64,000 nucleotides of DNA from assembly GCA_004431415.1 (NCBI GenBank), contig QPMI01000056.1, positions 485,517 to 549,516 on the forward strand, in the 5' to 3' direction. This document shows, one piece after another, positions 49,143 to 61,696 of this stretch (positions are counted from its first letter, which is position 1; each line of letters starts with the position of its first letter). A program made the translations under genes and the position numbers. The DNA is from Cyanophora paradoxa CCMP329 (taxonomy: Eukaryota; Plantae; Glaucophyta). Under the pieces are notes generated by a model. The model was not told the origin of the DNA. It worked only from the letters and a program-made list of their open reading frames with translations, and did not search any database.

Positions 49143-50430
49143 CTAGCGGGCGGCGGTGACGGAGTCGAGGGACTGCTCCTGCGTGTCCTCGTTGCGCTGC
49201 CGGGCCGCCTCGTCCTCGTCGGCCCCCTCGTCGCCCGCGGCACCCCGCGCGCCCTTCTTGCGCGGCCGCTTCGAGCCGAGCGAGCGCTTGGCGAGGTACG
49301 CCAGCGCCAGGCGCTTGAAGCGGGGCGGGTCCACCGCGAAGTACCTGCGGGGGCGCCTCAGGGAGCGGAGGGCGGGGAGGGGCGGGGGCGGGGGCCGGGG
49401 GCCGGGGGCGGGGCGGGCCTGTAGAGGGTGATGAGGCCCTCGTCCTTGGCGACGGCGAGCTGGACGAGGTCGTCGCGCTCGGCCTCGGTGATCGGCAGGC
49501 CCTCGCCCTCCGCGCAGTTCACGTGCAGGTCGTGCACCAGCTTGTACAGCCCGTCCTGCATCGGGTCCCCCAGCGGGAAGTCTGCGCCCGCTCACCCCCG
49601 CCCCCGAGGAGGCCACAGCGGCAGCGGCGCTGGGGGCGCACGCTTGTCGATGCTCAGCTTCGAGGGGACGCCCCTCTCGTGCCTGCCGCCGGCCGGAGCA
49701 GGCGTCGGCGCCCGGCGCGCGGCGGAGCGCGGCAGGGTGGCGAGCGGGCGCGGACCTGGACCAGACGATCCAGCTGTCGTCCGCCATCAGGCGAATGTCC
49801 GTCGCAGATTCCAGCGGCTCGCAGAAGTGGGGGCCCACCTGCCACCCCAGAGCGTCGCCGGCGGCGCGGCGCGGTGCGGCCCGTCCGGCCGAACGAGCAC
49901 GGACCCATTTTGATATGCTCCTCACGTCCGTGGCTGTCATGTCCTCCGTCCCCTGTGCTATCTTGTCCTTGAGCGCATGCACCGTCGGCCACCGCAGCAC
50001 GATGGTCCGCACTCTCCTCACGCCGTGCACTGCCGCCCGGAGTTGACCTGTTGCTAGCTCTCGCAGGCGGGCGGCGCAGAGCGGCGCACCATCCGGATAC
50101 TCAATGGTCCTGGGCAAAGCAAACCGTCGCAGCGGTTAGCAGTGGGCGGCGCACGGGCGGGCGGGCTGCGCCGCGGTTAGAGCGAACCTAATCGTCTTGC
50201 CTGCGCGAGGTGTGAGCGCCCGGTCGAGTCAGCGACGCCGATTGCGCGGCTGAGCGGACGGACCGAGGATGAAGCTCTTTAAGAAGTGGAACGAGATTGC
50301 GCTGCCTCCGAATCCCTGCAAGGCATCTCGGCGGCGGCGGCGCGCTGCGAGGCAGCGCTGCGCACCGCCCACGAGGATGTCGCCTGTGCGTAGGCAGACT
50401 TCAGCAGGGCCGGCAGATTTGCCATTCCAC
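49143..50430 (-). CDS. Hypothetical multi-exon protein
   Basis: Coding-like exons joined by GT-AG introns (RTIVLRWPTVHAL..SISKW|VGPHFCEP..WIVWS|..DGLYKLVHDLH..LITLY|RYFAVDPPRF) and a basic NLS-like tail KRPRKK; start uncertain. Confidence 0.62.
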
Positions 50431-50686
50431 GCTCGCCCGCCCGGGCGTGCAAGACAAGCGGCGGGCGAGGGGAGCCAAGGGTGGGGGGAGCCGACAGGTT
50501 TGGGGTAGAGGTCGCCAAAGCAAAACACTTGCCCTCTTTCTCTTTATTCTGCAAGTGACAGCCTTGCACGGATAGCAAGTGACCATAGAACCGGCGTTGC
50601 AGTGCGTCACGCGGGCTTTGGCAACGCTAGGGAATTGATCTGAAAGTCTGACGGGGCGCGCGCACGCAGGTCCTGCACGCGCAGCG

Positions 50687-51796
50687 ATGGTGGCTGTGAT
50701 GTTGAGCAGCTGTATAGGATCTCCGCGAAGCGGAGTGCGCTTGGCGACCGAGCTTTCATCACCCAGCAAGCTCTTCCAAGAGAGAGAATCCCCGATCCCA
50801 GCAGCAGCGACGCCACCTTCACCAAGCCGGCGCATCTCCTTGAGCTTGAGTACACCCAGCGCGCCAGCCGCGAATCGCTGCGTGGCTTTGAGCGTCTCCA
50901 CACCAGCAATCGCCGTGGAGCCGCCCACTTCCCCATCCACACCCCACTTCACGAACGCCTCCAAAGTTGCGTTCTCTCCGTCCGAGAACACTCCGCCCGG
51001 CCACGCGAACTCCGGGAACTCCGAGGACACGATTCTCCGGCTCCAGGCGGAGCTCATCGGAATCAAACGCCGGCTTTCAGAGACAACAAACGAGCTCTCC
51101 GAGGCGCGTAGCAAGCTTGCACGCCTCACCGCCGACCGATCCGGTAAGCCACCTTCTGTGCGATTTGATCGAGTGAGATGCAGCGTAGAGCGTGACCGCT
51201 GACGCCGTCTTTGCGCAGTGCTGGTGACGATGTCCATTGACGAGTTGAAGAGTCTCTGCGGCACCATCTTCAGTCACCAGAGCACCGTCCTCTGCACGAT
51301 GCAGGCTCGGCTCCGCCTCGAGCGCACGAGGCAGCGGGTTGCAGCGGAGCGCAAGGCGGCGGCGGCAGAAGGGTCGCCGCCGGCCCGCGCCGCACCGGCG
51401 TCGCCAGCAGTCCGGCGAGCAGCCGCGTCTCCGGTTCGCGCCGCACCGGCGTCGCCGGCCCGCGCGGGGGCTGCATCGCCGATCGCCGTCTCGTCTTCGT
51501 CGGCGTCGCCCCCGGCCGCGCCTGCGGTATCGGTCGTCTCCTCGATGAAGGAGTTCGACGCGGCAGCGCGCCCTTCCGCGTCGGCGCCGGCGCCGTCGAC
51601 CGATGCGGCGGAGGCGGAGGCGCAGGAGGCGGCCGTCGCGCTCGCCTGCGCCGCCATGGAGGCCCGCAAGTGCAAGGCCGTGGCGGCGGCGGCCGCAGCG
51701 GCGGCGGCGGTGGAGGCGGCGGCGGCGGCGACCGAGGCGAAGGCGGAGGCCGCCGGCCGCACAAGCGTCGACCGCGAGGTTCCGGTCCTCGCCTAG
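50687..51796 (+). CDS. Hypothetical Ser/Pro/Ala-rich coiled-coil protein (2 exons)
   Basis: ORF 50687-51144, intron gtaagc...gcag (51145-51218), in-frame exon 2 to TAG; heptad segment ILRLQAELIGIKRRLSETTNEL. Confidence 0.65.
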
Positions 51797-52304
51797 TCTT
51801 TCTACGGCACTTTTCCCTTGATCGTGATTCGATCTTTCCAGTGCGCGGATTGTGTGTCTCCGCCGATGCATAGTCAGGGGTGGATGTATAGTGGTCATGT
51901 GTTGTACAACGTATGACTTACGGTCATGATCATGAGATTTAGCAATAGGAAGTTGCAATTGGCAACGCTGTAGACTCTGAGAGTCTTCTACAGTTACAGC
52001 GTGTATTTCAACAGTCCCGTTTCAATTGCAAGCGCACTTTTGTTCAGATTCCTGTATACGAAACCTGAAACCGCACAATACTCATTTACAAATTACCGTT
52101 GTGCGCGTGCACGTGTAGCGCTATATATAGCTAGCTATATAGCTGACTCAGTGACCTGCCAAAGCACAAAAAAAGAAACTTCACTGCCAGGCTGCAGCTG
52201 AAATCTATCTCTCCACTAGGCTAAAGTTCTAAACCCGGAAGTCCGCTCCAACGCTCAGCGGCTATCTGAGGAGAGTGATGCGGTAGGAAGAACGGGAGGC
52301 CGGG

Positions 52305-55300
52305 CTAGTCGGCCGCCTTGACGGCGGGGGCGCTGGCGGCGGGGGCCGCGGGGGTGCTCAGCATTTCGGTCCAGCGCGCGTAGTTCGACATGGCGCTGGC
52401 CACGACGCTGCGGATCGATGAGTCGGATGCGCCCGGAGCGCGCCGATCGACGTGGGCGCGGCGCAGCACCTCGATTCGACGATTGGGAAGGCTTCCCCGA
52501 ACGCCTTGAACAGGGGCATCACGATGAACTCGGAGAACCTGACTCGCTTCTCACCGACGGAGGCGCGGCGACGAGGGACGGGAGTTGCGTACCCGACCTG
52601 CGACTTGGGGAGGTTGGCGGTCTCCCGATCCATGAAGGCAGACACCGGCATGCCCGCCGCCTTCTCCCGGTCCCCCTGCTCCCCGGGGTCAGGCGGGAGG
52701 CGAAGGGGAAGGCCCCGCGGGGGGCGGGGCGGGGCGACCTGCGCGAAGAACTCCTCGGAGATGCGCTGGCTCCACTCGCGGTGCAGCTCGAAAGGCCGCG
52801 CCGCGTTCGCGATGTCCGCCGCCTGGAGGGGGGTACCGGATTAGGCGCACGGCCTGGAAACGGGTGGAGGGGCAGCCGGGGCGCGAACCTTCATCGCGAC
52901 GCTCAGGAGGAGGCGGCGATCCTCGGGCGGCAGGGGCGGCGCGCCGCTTGCGGTAGCCCCTTCCGCGGCCGGGGCCACCTCCGGCGCCTGGAGAGGGGGG
53001 AAGGCGCCAGCGGCGACCCGCTTTCGCCAGGCGCCCAGGACCTCGAAGTGCTGGGCCTGTGCCGCGTCAGGGCCCCTGCAGGGTGTCGGGGCGGGGGGAG
53101 GGGAGGGACCATGTCGGTGGCGAGGACCATGTCGATGACGGTGCGGCGGAGCTCCTTGAGGGCGGGCCTGGGCCAGTTGGAGAGGAAGTTGAGGTCCTCC
53201 CGGGAGACGAGCGCGCTCCATGCTGCCCCCGCAGCGCCCCCGCCCCTCAGCGGGGCCCCCGGGAGGGGGCCGGGGCGGGCGGACCGGCGGAGACGTGGTG
53301 GGACTCGAGGGGCGACTTGTCGTTGTAGCGGAGGGCGAGCGGGTCGGAGACCGCCACGAGGAAGTTGTTGTTCACCCCGGGGTGCTCGAAGTCTGCGGGG
53401 GCGCGCCCCCTCGCGCACGCGCCCGGGCCCGGGGCCCCGCGCACACGCCGCGGGCGCACCGTGGATCACGGACGCGATGACCCCCGCCAGCCTGTCCTCG
53501 TCCGTGAGGTACCCCCCCAGGCCCCCGCGCGTCAGGAGGAACGTCATGCACTGCGTCACGTCGGCGGCGTGCGTCCGGCTGAGGGGTGGTCAGAGGCAGG
53601 GGCGAGCGGGGGCGGGGGCGGGCGGACTTGTGGTACGGGTTCTCCAAGTAGCCGTCCTCCACGTGCGACACGAAGGCGGCGAAGCGGGCGGCGTCGAGGC
53701 GCAGGCGGGGGGGGAGGCGGATGGCCTCCAGCGCGGCGAGGGCGACGGCCAGCAGCGGGCGCCCGCCCGAGTCGGAGGCGGCGCGGAAGGGGTCGAAGGG
53801 CTCCCACGCGGTGAGGAGGGGCACGAGCTCGCGGGCAGCCGTCTCGGCCCCCCCGTAAAGCGGCTGCACGGGGGACTCCGGCGCCAGCTGCAGCACGGGC
53901 GGGCCCCGCATCGCCTCGCCCCCGAGGCCGCCCTGCCCGCCCCGCCCTGCCCCCGCCGGCGGGCTCTCGCTGCCGAGGCGCTCCCCCTGGCTCGGCGCGA
54001 TCTGCGCGGGGCGTCAGCGAGGGGGGCGGCTTGTGGGGGGCGGGCGGGCCTCGGAGAAGAGCCAGTGCTGGGTGTCGCGGTCGAGGCGGAGGAGGCCGTC
54101 GCGCACCTGCCGCCCGAGGTCCGGCACCATCCTGCGGGGGCCCCCTCCGCGTCAGCCCCTCCCGCGCACCGGGCGGCCGGGCCCGGGGGGGCGCGCATGG
54201 AGCCCCGCGCGAGGAGCTGGTTGAGGGCCCCCCCGAGGGACGCCTCCGCCCAGCTCCCCAGCGCCTGGAAGCCTGCGGGTGCGCGCTCGCCGCCGGGGCG
54301 CGGTGGCGGGGCGGCGGCGCGGGGCGGGCACGGGGGTCGGAGCGGAGGGAGAGGAGGGCGGCGAGGGCCTTGGCGAGGGGCGACTCCAGGTCCGCCTGCG
54401 TGCCCGCCTTCTCCCCTGCCCCCGCCGCCCCCTCTCAGCGGGGGCCGGCGGGCGGCAGCGCCCCGGGGCGGCTCACTCTGCAGGGTGCGGACTTGCTCCC
54501 GCAGGTTCGCCCGCTCCGCGTCCGCCTCGCGCAGCTGGCCCCCCGCCCCTCAGCCCGGCGCCCCTCTCCGAGGGGGGGGGAAGGGGGGGGGAGGGGTTGC
54601 GGCGCGCCTCGGAGCGGAGGCTGAGGGCCCGGCGGACGGTCCACTCGAGCCTCGCGATGCTCCCTTGGAGGGTGTGCACCTGCTTCTCTTAGACGGAGGG
54701 GGGAGGGAGGGGGAGGAGGGCCAGGGGACCTCCTCGAAGAGGTGAGCGGCGGGGCCGAGCTTGAGGCTGGAGCGGCGGGAGAGGGCGACGGCGCCCCAGT
54801 CCTCCCTAGGCACCCCCGCCAGCTCCGCCAGCTCCGCCTCCAGCCGCTGCGCCGACGAGACCTGCCCGCGCCTCGGCGCCGGGGGCGGGGGCGGGGGGGG
54901 GGCGCGCTGCGGGGCGCGCACGGCCTTGTGGAAGGGGCGCATGCCGAGCCAGACCAAGAAGGAGAGGAGGGCGCCCATGAGCACCGAGGCGATCGCCCCC
55001 GCCGACGCTGCCGGCGCCCCGTGAGGCGCCGCCCCGGCCGGCGCTGGCGTCTGGCGGGTACCGTATACGGTGGCGCCCTGGTTGACGCTGGGGGCCGGCG
55101 CCCGCACCACGACGACCCACTCGATGGCCCCCTGCGCCCACGCTCGACCGCCCGCGGAGGCGTCGCGACGGGAGGCGGGGGCACCTGGCGCATCAGCGAG
55201 CACGCCGAGATGTACTCCCCCGCTTTGCTCGGCGCCGGCCACGCCTCCCTGCTCGTCGCCGGCCGCCCCGAGCCGCTCTGGCGCACGGCGCGGGCGCAGG

Positions 55301-55987
55301 CCGGGGGTGCCGAGGACTACCGAGAGCGTGTGAGGGGGCGCTGGGGCGCGAGCGGGGCGGGGTGGGGCGGGGCGGACCGCTGCGCTCTCCTTCCAGAGGG
55401 CAGGGTCCGGGCTGAGGAGGACGCTGTCGTCGAACGAGAAGACGAACATCTCGCCTGCGGGAGGCTCGCGGGAGCAAGGGGGGGAAAGGGAGCAGGGCGG
55501 GGGCGGGGGCACCGCTGGCGGCCGAGTAGACCGAGTTCATCGTCCGCTGCTGCACGTCCCGCGCCCACTCTGCCCCCCGCCCTCAAGTTCCGGCAGGCCC
55601 CCTCGGAGAGGCGCGCGCACCCCAGTGCAGGTGCACGCCCAGCACGCCGACGATGCTCCCGTTGAAGGTCACGGGCGCTGCGCGGGCGGCGCGTTAGATG
55701 GGCCCCCCGGGCACGAGGGCGCGGGGGCGCGCCGCCGACGTCCACGAATCTCAGCGGCTCGGTGGAATTTGGGGCGAGCAGCTTCTGGAGGAGCACTGCG
55801 GGCCCGCGCGGGGCGGCCGAAGGCGAGCGCTCAGGGTCCGAAGCCGGACGGCAGGGCGCCGGCGCCTACCCGCGGGGTGGATGTCCCCAAAGTAGGGCGC
55901 CCTCGATTTCACCGTCTCCGAGAACCAGAGCCGGGCCGCCACGCTCTGGCCCTCCCTGCCGCCGAGCCGGTCGGAACGGGCGCAGAA

Positions 55988-56018
<31 letters not shown>

Positions 56019-56648
56019 CGGAGGGGGGAAGGGGGGGCGGAGCGGTGCTCACAGTAGTCCGTCTGATGCAGCGGACACCATGCCGACCGAGTCCACCAGG
56101 CCAATCCAGCTCGCGAACGGCATGAGGGTCTTCACTGGACGCGCTGAGGTCAGAGCGAGGCGGCAGCGAGGCGGGGCAGGGGCCCAACGGAAGTTGACTG
56201 TCGGGCGGTCAGCCTGCACGCGAGCCGCGGCTGTGCCGCCGCGGGCGAGGTCCTGCTCCAGTATGCGGGTTGTAAGCACGGTGAGCCGCTGGGACTCCAA
56301 GAGGCTCGCGCGAAGCAAGCCCGCCGCCTCCTGTGCCGCGCCCGACACCAGGATCTGTGCAAGCGGTCGGATGAGCAGTGGCCTTCAGCTTCCAGCGCTC
56401 TAGAGGTTGCGCACTCGCGTGTTCTCCTCCAGATCGCTCTTGGCCTTGTCGAAGGACAGGAGCACGACAGCTATGCTGATAGCTACGGATACAACAACGG
56501 CAATTGCGCCAATACAGAGATCCAGGCGAAGAGGAGGTCGGGCGCCATGCTTCTTCGCTGGCGAGGGCTGCGGCGTGCAGGCCACGGCGCGGTAGTCCGA
56601 TATACGCCGAGCTCCAGGAGGCTCACGGCAACTCCAGCTCGAGCCCAT
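52305..56648 (-). CDS. Membrane-bound class I cyclic-nucleotide phosphodiesterase with an extracellular Cache-like sensor domain
   Basis: PDE motifs NPYHN.THAADV, IH|DFEHPGVNN, YNDKSPLESHH, VLATDM..H, K|AADI.NAAR, EEFFAQ|GDREK. N-terminal TM IGAIAVVVSVAISIAVVLL; Cache-like ARLWFSE..PYFGDIH..RFVDV..D.NGSIVGVLGV..EWVVVV; second TM AIASVLMGALLSFLVWL. Confidence 0.88.
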
Positions 56649-57346
56649 CAGCGATGCCGCTCCAGGCTACCCGGCTCAGCTCTGCGGCAGCGTGACTCGC
56701 CTCCAAGGCTAGCGCTTCGCCGTGCTCAGCTCCGGCTACTCAAGGCTCCGAGGCATCGCCGCGAGCTCAATTACATGCGAGTGTCCATGGGCCCGGCCGC
56801 AGCTTCAAAGTTTCGCCCTCGGCGGCCTCGCTGAGCAGTGTTGCAACTGACCATGGCCCCATCGCCGGAAGGGGGAATGAGGTCGAAGGGGGGACATCGT
56901 CAAGCAGGGTACAATGCCGGTTCTGGCCGGCGCCAGGCTGCCGGCTTTAGCAATATAGCTATGCCGCATCCCGTTCTGCGCTTCTGCGCATGCGCGGCAG
57001 TGCATGTGCGCGCAGTACATGGCACAGTGCGGCGGGCTCAGCCTCGCTCAGCGGTCGAGCGCGCGCGGAGTCGAATTCGAATGCCTCGATCCTGATCCTT
57101 GAATGCCTTGATTCGGTAAGCCCCAATAGCTATCCTCTGCAGCAGCTCGAGGCTCTGCGCGCCTGCGGTAGCCCTAGGCCTGGCTCTCCGGGCTGGGCCC
57201 TCGCGCAGTGCGGCGGTGCGCCGGGGCGCGCTGGCTGTGTGCACGCGTGTGGGGCACCGGGCATGTGTGAGGCGCCGACGTGTGCAGGCTGCAGGGCGAG
57301 GGGGGGGCGGGGCGGGGCCTGGGCTGGCGCTCGGAGCCGGGGCGGG

Positions 57347-59583
57347 CTAGGCGAGGGCGACGGCGAGGGCGGCGGGGTCGTCGAGGGCGAAGGGCTCCCC
57401 CGCCAGCTCCGAGGGCACCCGTGGCAGCGCCAGCAGCTCCCGGTACACCTGCCCGCCCCTCGCCTCGCGCGCAGGCGGGGCGAGCGCAGGCCGCGACGCA
57501 TATACGCCGGCTCACCCGCCAGCGCTCGTCGGGCCGGTCGGCCGTGCCGCCCCGCTTCTCCACGAAGCGCGCCGTGAGGTCTGAGCAGAGCCCGCGCGGT
57601 CAGCCGGCTGAGGGGGAAGGGGAAGCTGGCAGCGGAGGGGGGAGAATCCGGAGGGGGAAGGTGGGCCCGGGTACGCGCCCTGCCCGAGGTTGTAGTTGAT
57701 CACGTAGGACCTGCCGCGGGGGCGGGGCGTCGGTGCGGGGGGCGGCGGCCAGGCGGGGAGCCGAGAGGGGGCACCGGTACGTCTCGATGAAGCGGACGCG
57801 CTGCGCGGCGCGCTCGGGCGTGGAGAGCTCGAAGCTGCGGGCGCCGGCGCCGGCGGGATTCAAAGGCGGGGGAGGGAAGGAGGGGGCAGGGTAGAGGCGG
57901 GGGGGCGAGGGGAGGCACCGGACGAGCCAGTCGACTGCGCGGTCGCGGGGCAGGTCGCCGTTGAGGTACCCCCGCGCCGCCTCGTTCCCCGCGTACCTGC
58001 GCCCCGGCGCTGAGCGTGCGGCCGAGCAAGGAGGCGGGGGGGCGGGGGGGCGGGGGCGGACGCGAGCTTCTTGACGAGGGCGAGGGCCTTGTAGTAGGGC
58101 GGGGCGAGCCCGGGGTCCAGCCCCGCCAGCGGGAAGAGCGCCTGCGCGGGGCGCGGTCAGGCGCGGGGCGGGGCGGGGCGGGCGGGGCGGGGGCGGGGCG
58201 GGGCGGGGGCGGGCCTGGGCCTCGAAGGCGACGCGCTCGTCGCCCGGGAAGGCGACGTCGATGCCGTAGTTCGCCGTCCCCTCCGCGATCAGCGACGTCG
58301 GCGCGAAGAGCGGCGACACGCAGAACTGCACCCCCCTGAGGCCAGCCCCGAGCGAGGGGCGAGGGGCGTGGGGCGGCGCACCTCCATCCAGCCGCGCGCC
58401 CGCACGTTCTCGTTCTCCAGCAGCGAGTTGAAGACGTGGTGCCCCGGGTAGCCCTGCCGGCGCACGAGGCGCGGTGAGACGGGCCGGGGCGGGGCGGGGC
58501 GGGGCGGGGCGGGGCGGGGGCGGGGGCGGGGGGGGCGGGCCTCGTGGCAGGCGAGGTCGATGATGCGGTCGATGAAGATCGGCAGCTCCGTGTTCACCTG
58601 CGCGCACCCTCAGCCCCGCTCCACCCCCCGCGTCGCGCGCCCCGCCCCGCCTCGCCTCGATCAGGCTGAAGTTGTTCCCCTTGAACCTTCGCCCCCGCCC
58701 CCCGATCAGCACCCCGATGACGCAGGCGCCCGCCGCGGGTCGAGGCGGAGTTGCGGGGCGGGTGCGGGCACCAGTTGTACGCGCTCCAGGGCTTCCCGGA
58801 GACGTACCCCACCTCGAAGTTCTCCCCCGCCGGCAGCGGGATGTGCTTGGCCGTCCGCCGCCGGCACTCCTCAATCGCCGCCTGCGTGCCCGCGTTGGCG
58901 AAGGGAGGGAGAAAGGGAGGGGGGTACAGGGGCGGACGCGGAAGGTGGCGTCGAGGCGGTCCTTGGGCACAATGAACTGCGAGCGGAACGCCTCCCATCG
59001 CTCGGAGAGGCTCTTCCCGCTCCCCGCGCCCTGCGCGGCGGTGGGCGGAGGAAGGCGAAGGGGGCGGGGGCGGGCGAGGGGCGCACGGGGAGGATCGAAT
59101 CGACCTGGGCGACGAGCTTCTGGAAGTGCTCCTCGGGGTTGCGGGGCGGGGCGCAGTCGTACAGGTACCGCGCCTCCTCATCGAACGTGAACCGCTTCCC
59201 GCCCTTCATCGCGCAGAAGAACGCCGCCGACCGCACCTGCCAGCGGTCAGAGGCGCGCCGTCCGCATATGAACGCAAACAGCCGCGCGTGGCGCGTACCA
59301 GCTTATACAGGAGCTTCCAACGCAGCGTCTGCTCGTCCTCGTCGCCGGCGGAAGGCCGGAGCTTGGCCAGCTCGCTCAGAAGCTGCAGCGCCGTGCCGCG
59401 CAATTCGGGCAATGGCGCCGCGCTCGCTTCTGCTTCCTCGCGCCAGCTCGGCGGCCCGTAGTACGCGTCGACCTGTACGAAGGTCGGTGGCGGCAGCTTG
59501 TGTCGCTGTCAACGCACGTAATTATCGTCATACTTGCCGATGGCCAGCACGAGCTTAACGTAGCGCTCCGCGACGTCGTTCAT
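57347..59583 (-). CDS. Bacterial-type zincin-like protein (DUF885-like, HEGYPGHH motif), about 15 exons
   Basis: MNDVAERYVKLVLAIG|..VDAYYGP, KPWSAYNW|FKG, VNTELPIFIDRIIDLACHE|GYPGHHVFNSLLE, SLIAEGTANYG, RVRFIETY|RSYVINYNLG. Family assignment is from memory of bacterial hypothetical proteins. Confidence 0.72.
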
Positions 59584-60223
59584 CTTCGGCGATGCTGCGC
59601 ACGCGTACCCGCCTCAGCTGGGTACAGTACTCGAGTTGGGCCGAATTTAACATGCGACCCGCTTGTGGCCGGCGGCGGCCCGGCGCTACAAGCGCCGGCG
59701 TCGACGTCTGTGCAGCTGCAGGAGGCCAGGGCGTACGCGTACACCCGCGCGCCCGCTCACGTTAGCGTTCAACGCGCGCGTACGGTTTGTGCGCATGCGC
59801 GTATACGTATACGTACGTATACGTATACGCGCGTGCTAGCGCTGAATCCGGATCGATATCCGGGAGCTAGCGCTCGAGCCGCCCCCCTGACGGCGTCATC
59901 TGCTTAAAAGCTTCAGTATGGCTGCCACGGCAGCCTTGCTTACAGCAAGCTAAGCACAACATGTCTTGTCATGAAGTGAAGGTCTAGATTCGCGCTTGCC
60001 AAAGCCGCGAAGCTAAGATCATGACTCGCTCGCTCACAAGAAGGGCAAGCTGCAACTGCGCTCGAGGACATCAGCTAGCGCACGCTGCAGAGTGAGTCTT
60101 GCGGACGTAGAATGATTGAACATTAGTGATCAATTGTTGATCAATTATTCATCAAAAGATATCAATGGTTGGCACTAACAATGGCTTAAAGATGACTGAA
60201 GGCATAGTAAACAATGGGCATTG

Positions 60224-61696
60224 CTAACACACATTGAAAGCGGCTAAGCAAAGCCGCGCTGCTGCAACTCGGCAAAGGTATTCATGTCTTCCGCCACCAT
60301 TGTTGATGTAGGCCACAGTCACTGTGTTGTCCGAGCGAACTAAGATGTTCTGATTGCGCAATAAACCTTGATAGTGCTGCATAGCGCGAAGCACTGCCAT
60401 TAACTCGCGCCACGACGAAATTTGCTGAGCTTCTTCTTGGTTCCACAGGCACTGGAATGGGGCAGGCTCAAGCTCCCAAGCCACAGGTTGAGCATCACCA
60501 ATTCGGGTAGTGATCCAGGCTCCTGCACCAACATGGCTTGCATCCGTAGTCAACACAAGGAGCCTTTCAGGCCGAATAGGGCAGCGGCCATTGTATCGGT
60601 GGATGTTGGCCAGCCACCACTCAAGTTCCCGACGAGTCTCATTGGTGAGCTCCACTGGATGATTCCAATGCCATTCTCTTGCCACGACATTGATGTATCG
60701 AAAGAGGGACCTGGTCTTGATGCGAGCTGGAGCCAAGCCCCGTGCCATGGACACAAGGGTGCCGGCGACCTTGGCCATTTCACGTGCAGATGCTGATTTC
60801 TTTTTCTTCAGAAGCCCTTTGATCAAAGCAAGCAGACGACCAAGCTTGTCTTGGGGTACTTCAAACAACATGCGGGCGGAGTCCACTATGAAGCCCAAGA
60901 AAGCCACCGACTGTGCTGGGGTGAGCTCAGATTTGCTGTTGACCACAAGCTTGAGGGCAGCAAATGTTTTGAGGACGAAATCCCGCAATTCACAGGCCTT
61001 CTCGTAGGTTGGAGCAGCAAACCACCAGTCGTCAACATAGTTCACCACGAAGATGCCAAAGCGGCGGAAGTAGTTGACCACTTGTCGCATGATCTTGACG
61101 AATGCAAACGGTGAGTGCTTGAGGCCGAAGGGCAAAACTGTGTACACATAGAATTTGCTGTCAAACTCAAAGCCCATGTTCCGCCAGTCTTGCGGTGAGA
61201 CTGGCACGTGGTGGTATCCAGATTCAAGGTCAATAGTGAACATGTACCAGCCTTGGCGCAGCATGGCTGCAACATGCTCAAGAGTCTCATACTTGAAGGG
61301 GATGTCCGGAAGGCCTTTATTGGTAGGCCGGCCATCCCAGATGAGCCGCAACTTGGATCCAGTCTTCTTGGGCACCACGGACAGTGAGCAGACAATGTTC
61401 ACTTGAGCTTCTTCAACTTCTCTGATCGCTCCCGTGCGCAAAAGCTTCTGAATTTCGGTTCTCACAAAGTCCTGATGGTCCACAGCCGCAGACTTGTGGT
61501 TGGCCCGGCGCTCTGCTGGCAGCCGCCTCGCTCCTGACAAAGGGAAACCACGCAAGATCCAGTTGAGCACGACATCATTGGCTCCAATCGCTCTCCACTG
61601 TTGGACTGCAGCTTGAATGCAGGATGCAACAAAGCCTCCTGCAAAGTGAGGTGAGGCCTTGCATTGGCAGACATGCCCAATTATCGCGGTGCCCAT
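60224..61696 (-). CDS. DIRS-type reverse transcriptase / RNase H (RH C-terminus apparently truncated)
   Basis: VVPKKTGSKLRLIWD, FKYETL, IDLESGYHHV, LPFGLKHSPFAF, NYVDDW, FLGFIVD; RH motifs TTDASHVGAGA, RELMAV, SDNTVTVAYINNGGG; intronless. Confidence 0.92.
   Translation of the reverse strand: MGTAIIGHVCQCKASPHFAGGFVASCIQAAVQQWRAIGANDVVLNWILRGFPLSGARRLPAERRANHKSAAVDHQDFVRTEIQKLLRTGAIREVEEAQVNIVCSLSVVPKKTGSKLRLIWDGRPTNKGLPDIPFKYETLEHVAAMLRQGWYMFTIDLESGYHHVPVSPQDWRNMGFEFDSKFYVYTVLPFGLKHSPFAFVKIMRQVVNYFRRFGIFVVNYVDDWWFAAPTYEKACELRDFVLKTFAALKLVVNSKSELTPAQSVAFLGFIVDSARMLFEVPQDKLGRLLALIKGLLKKKKSASAREMAKVAGTLVSMARGLAPARIKTRSLFRYINVVAREWHWNHPVELTNETRRELEWWLANIHRYNGRCPIRPERLLVLTTDASHVGAGAWITTRIGDAQPVAWELEPAPFQCLWNQEEAQQISSWRELMAVLRAMQHYQGLLRNQNILVRSDNTVTVAYINNGGGRHEYLCRVAAARLCLAAFNVC

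Noticed and set aside
52418-54745. 775-aa plus-strand ORF
   Set aside because: Antisense shadow of the GC-rich PDE gene; the same applies to most long Arg/Gly/Pro ORFs in the track.
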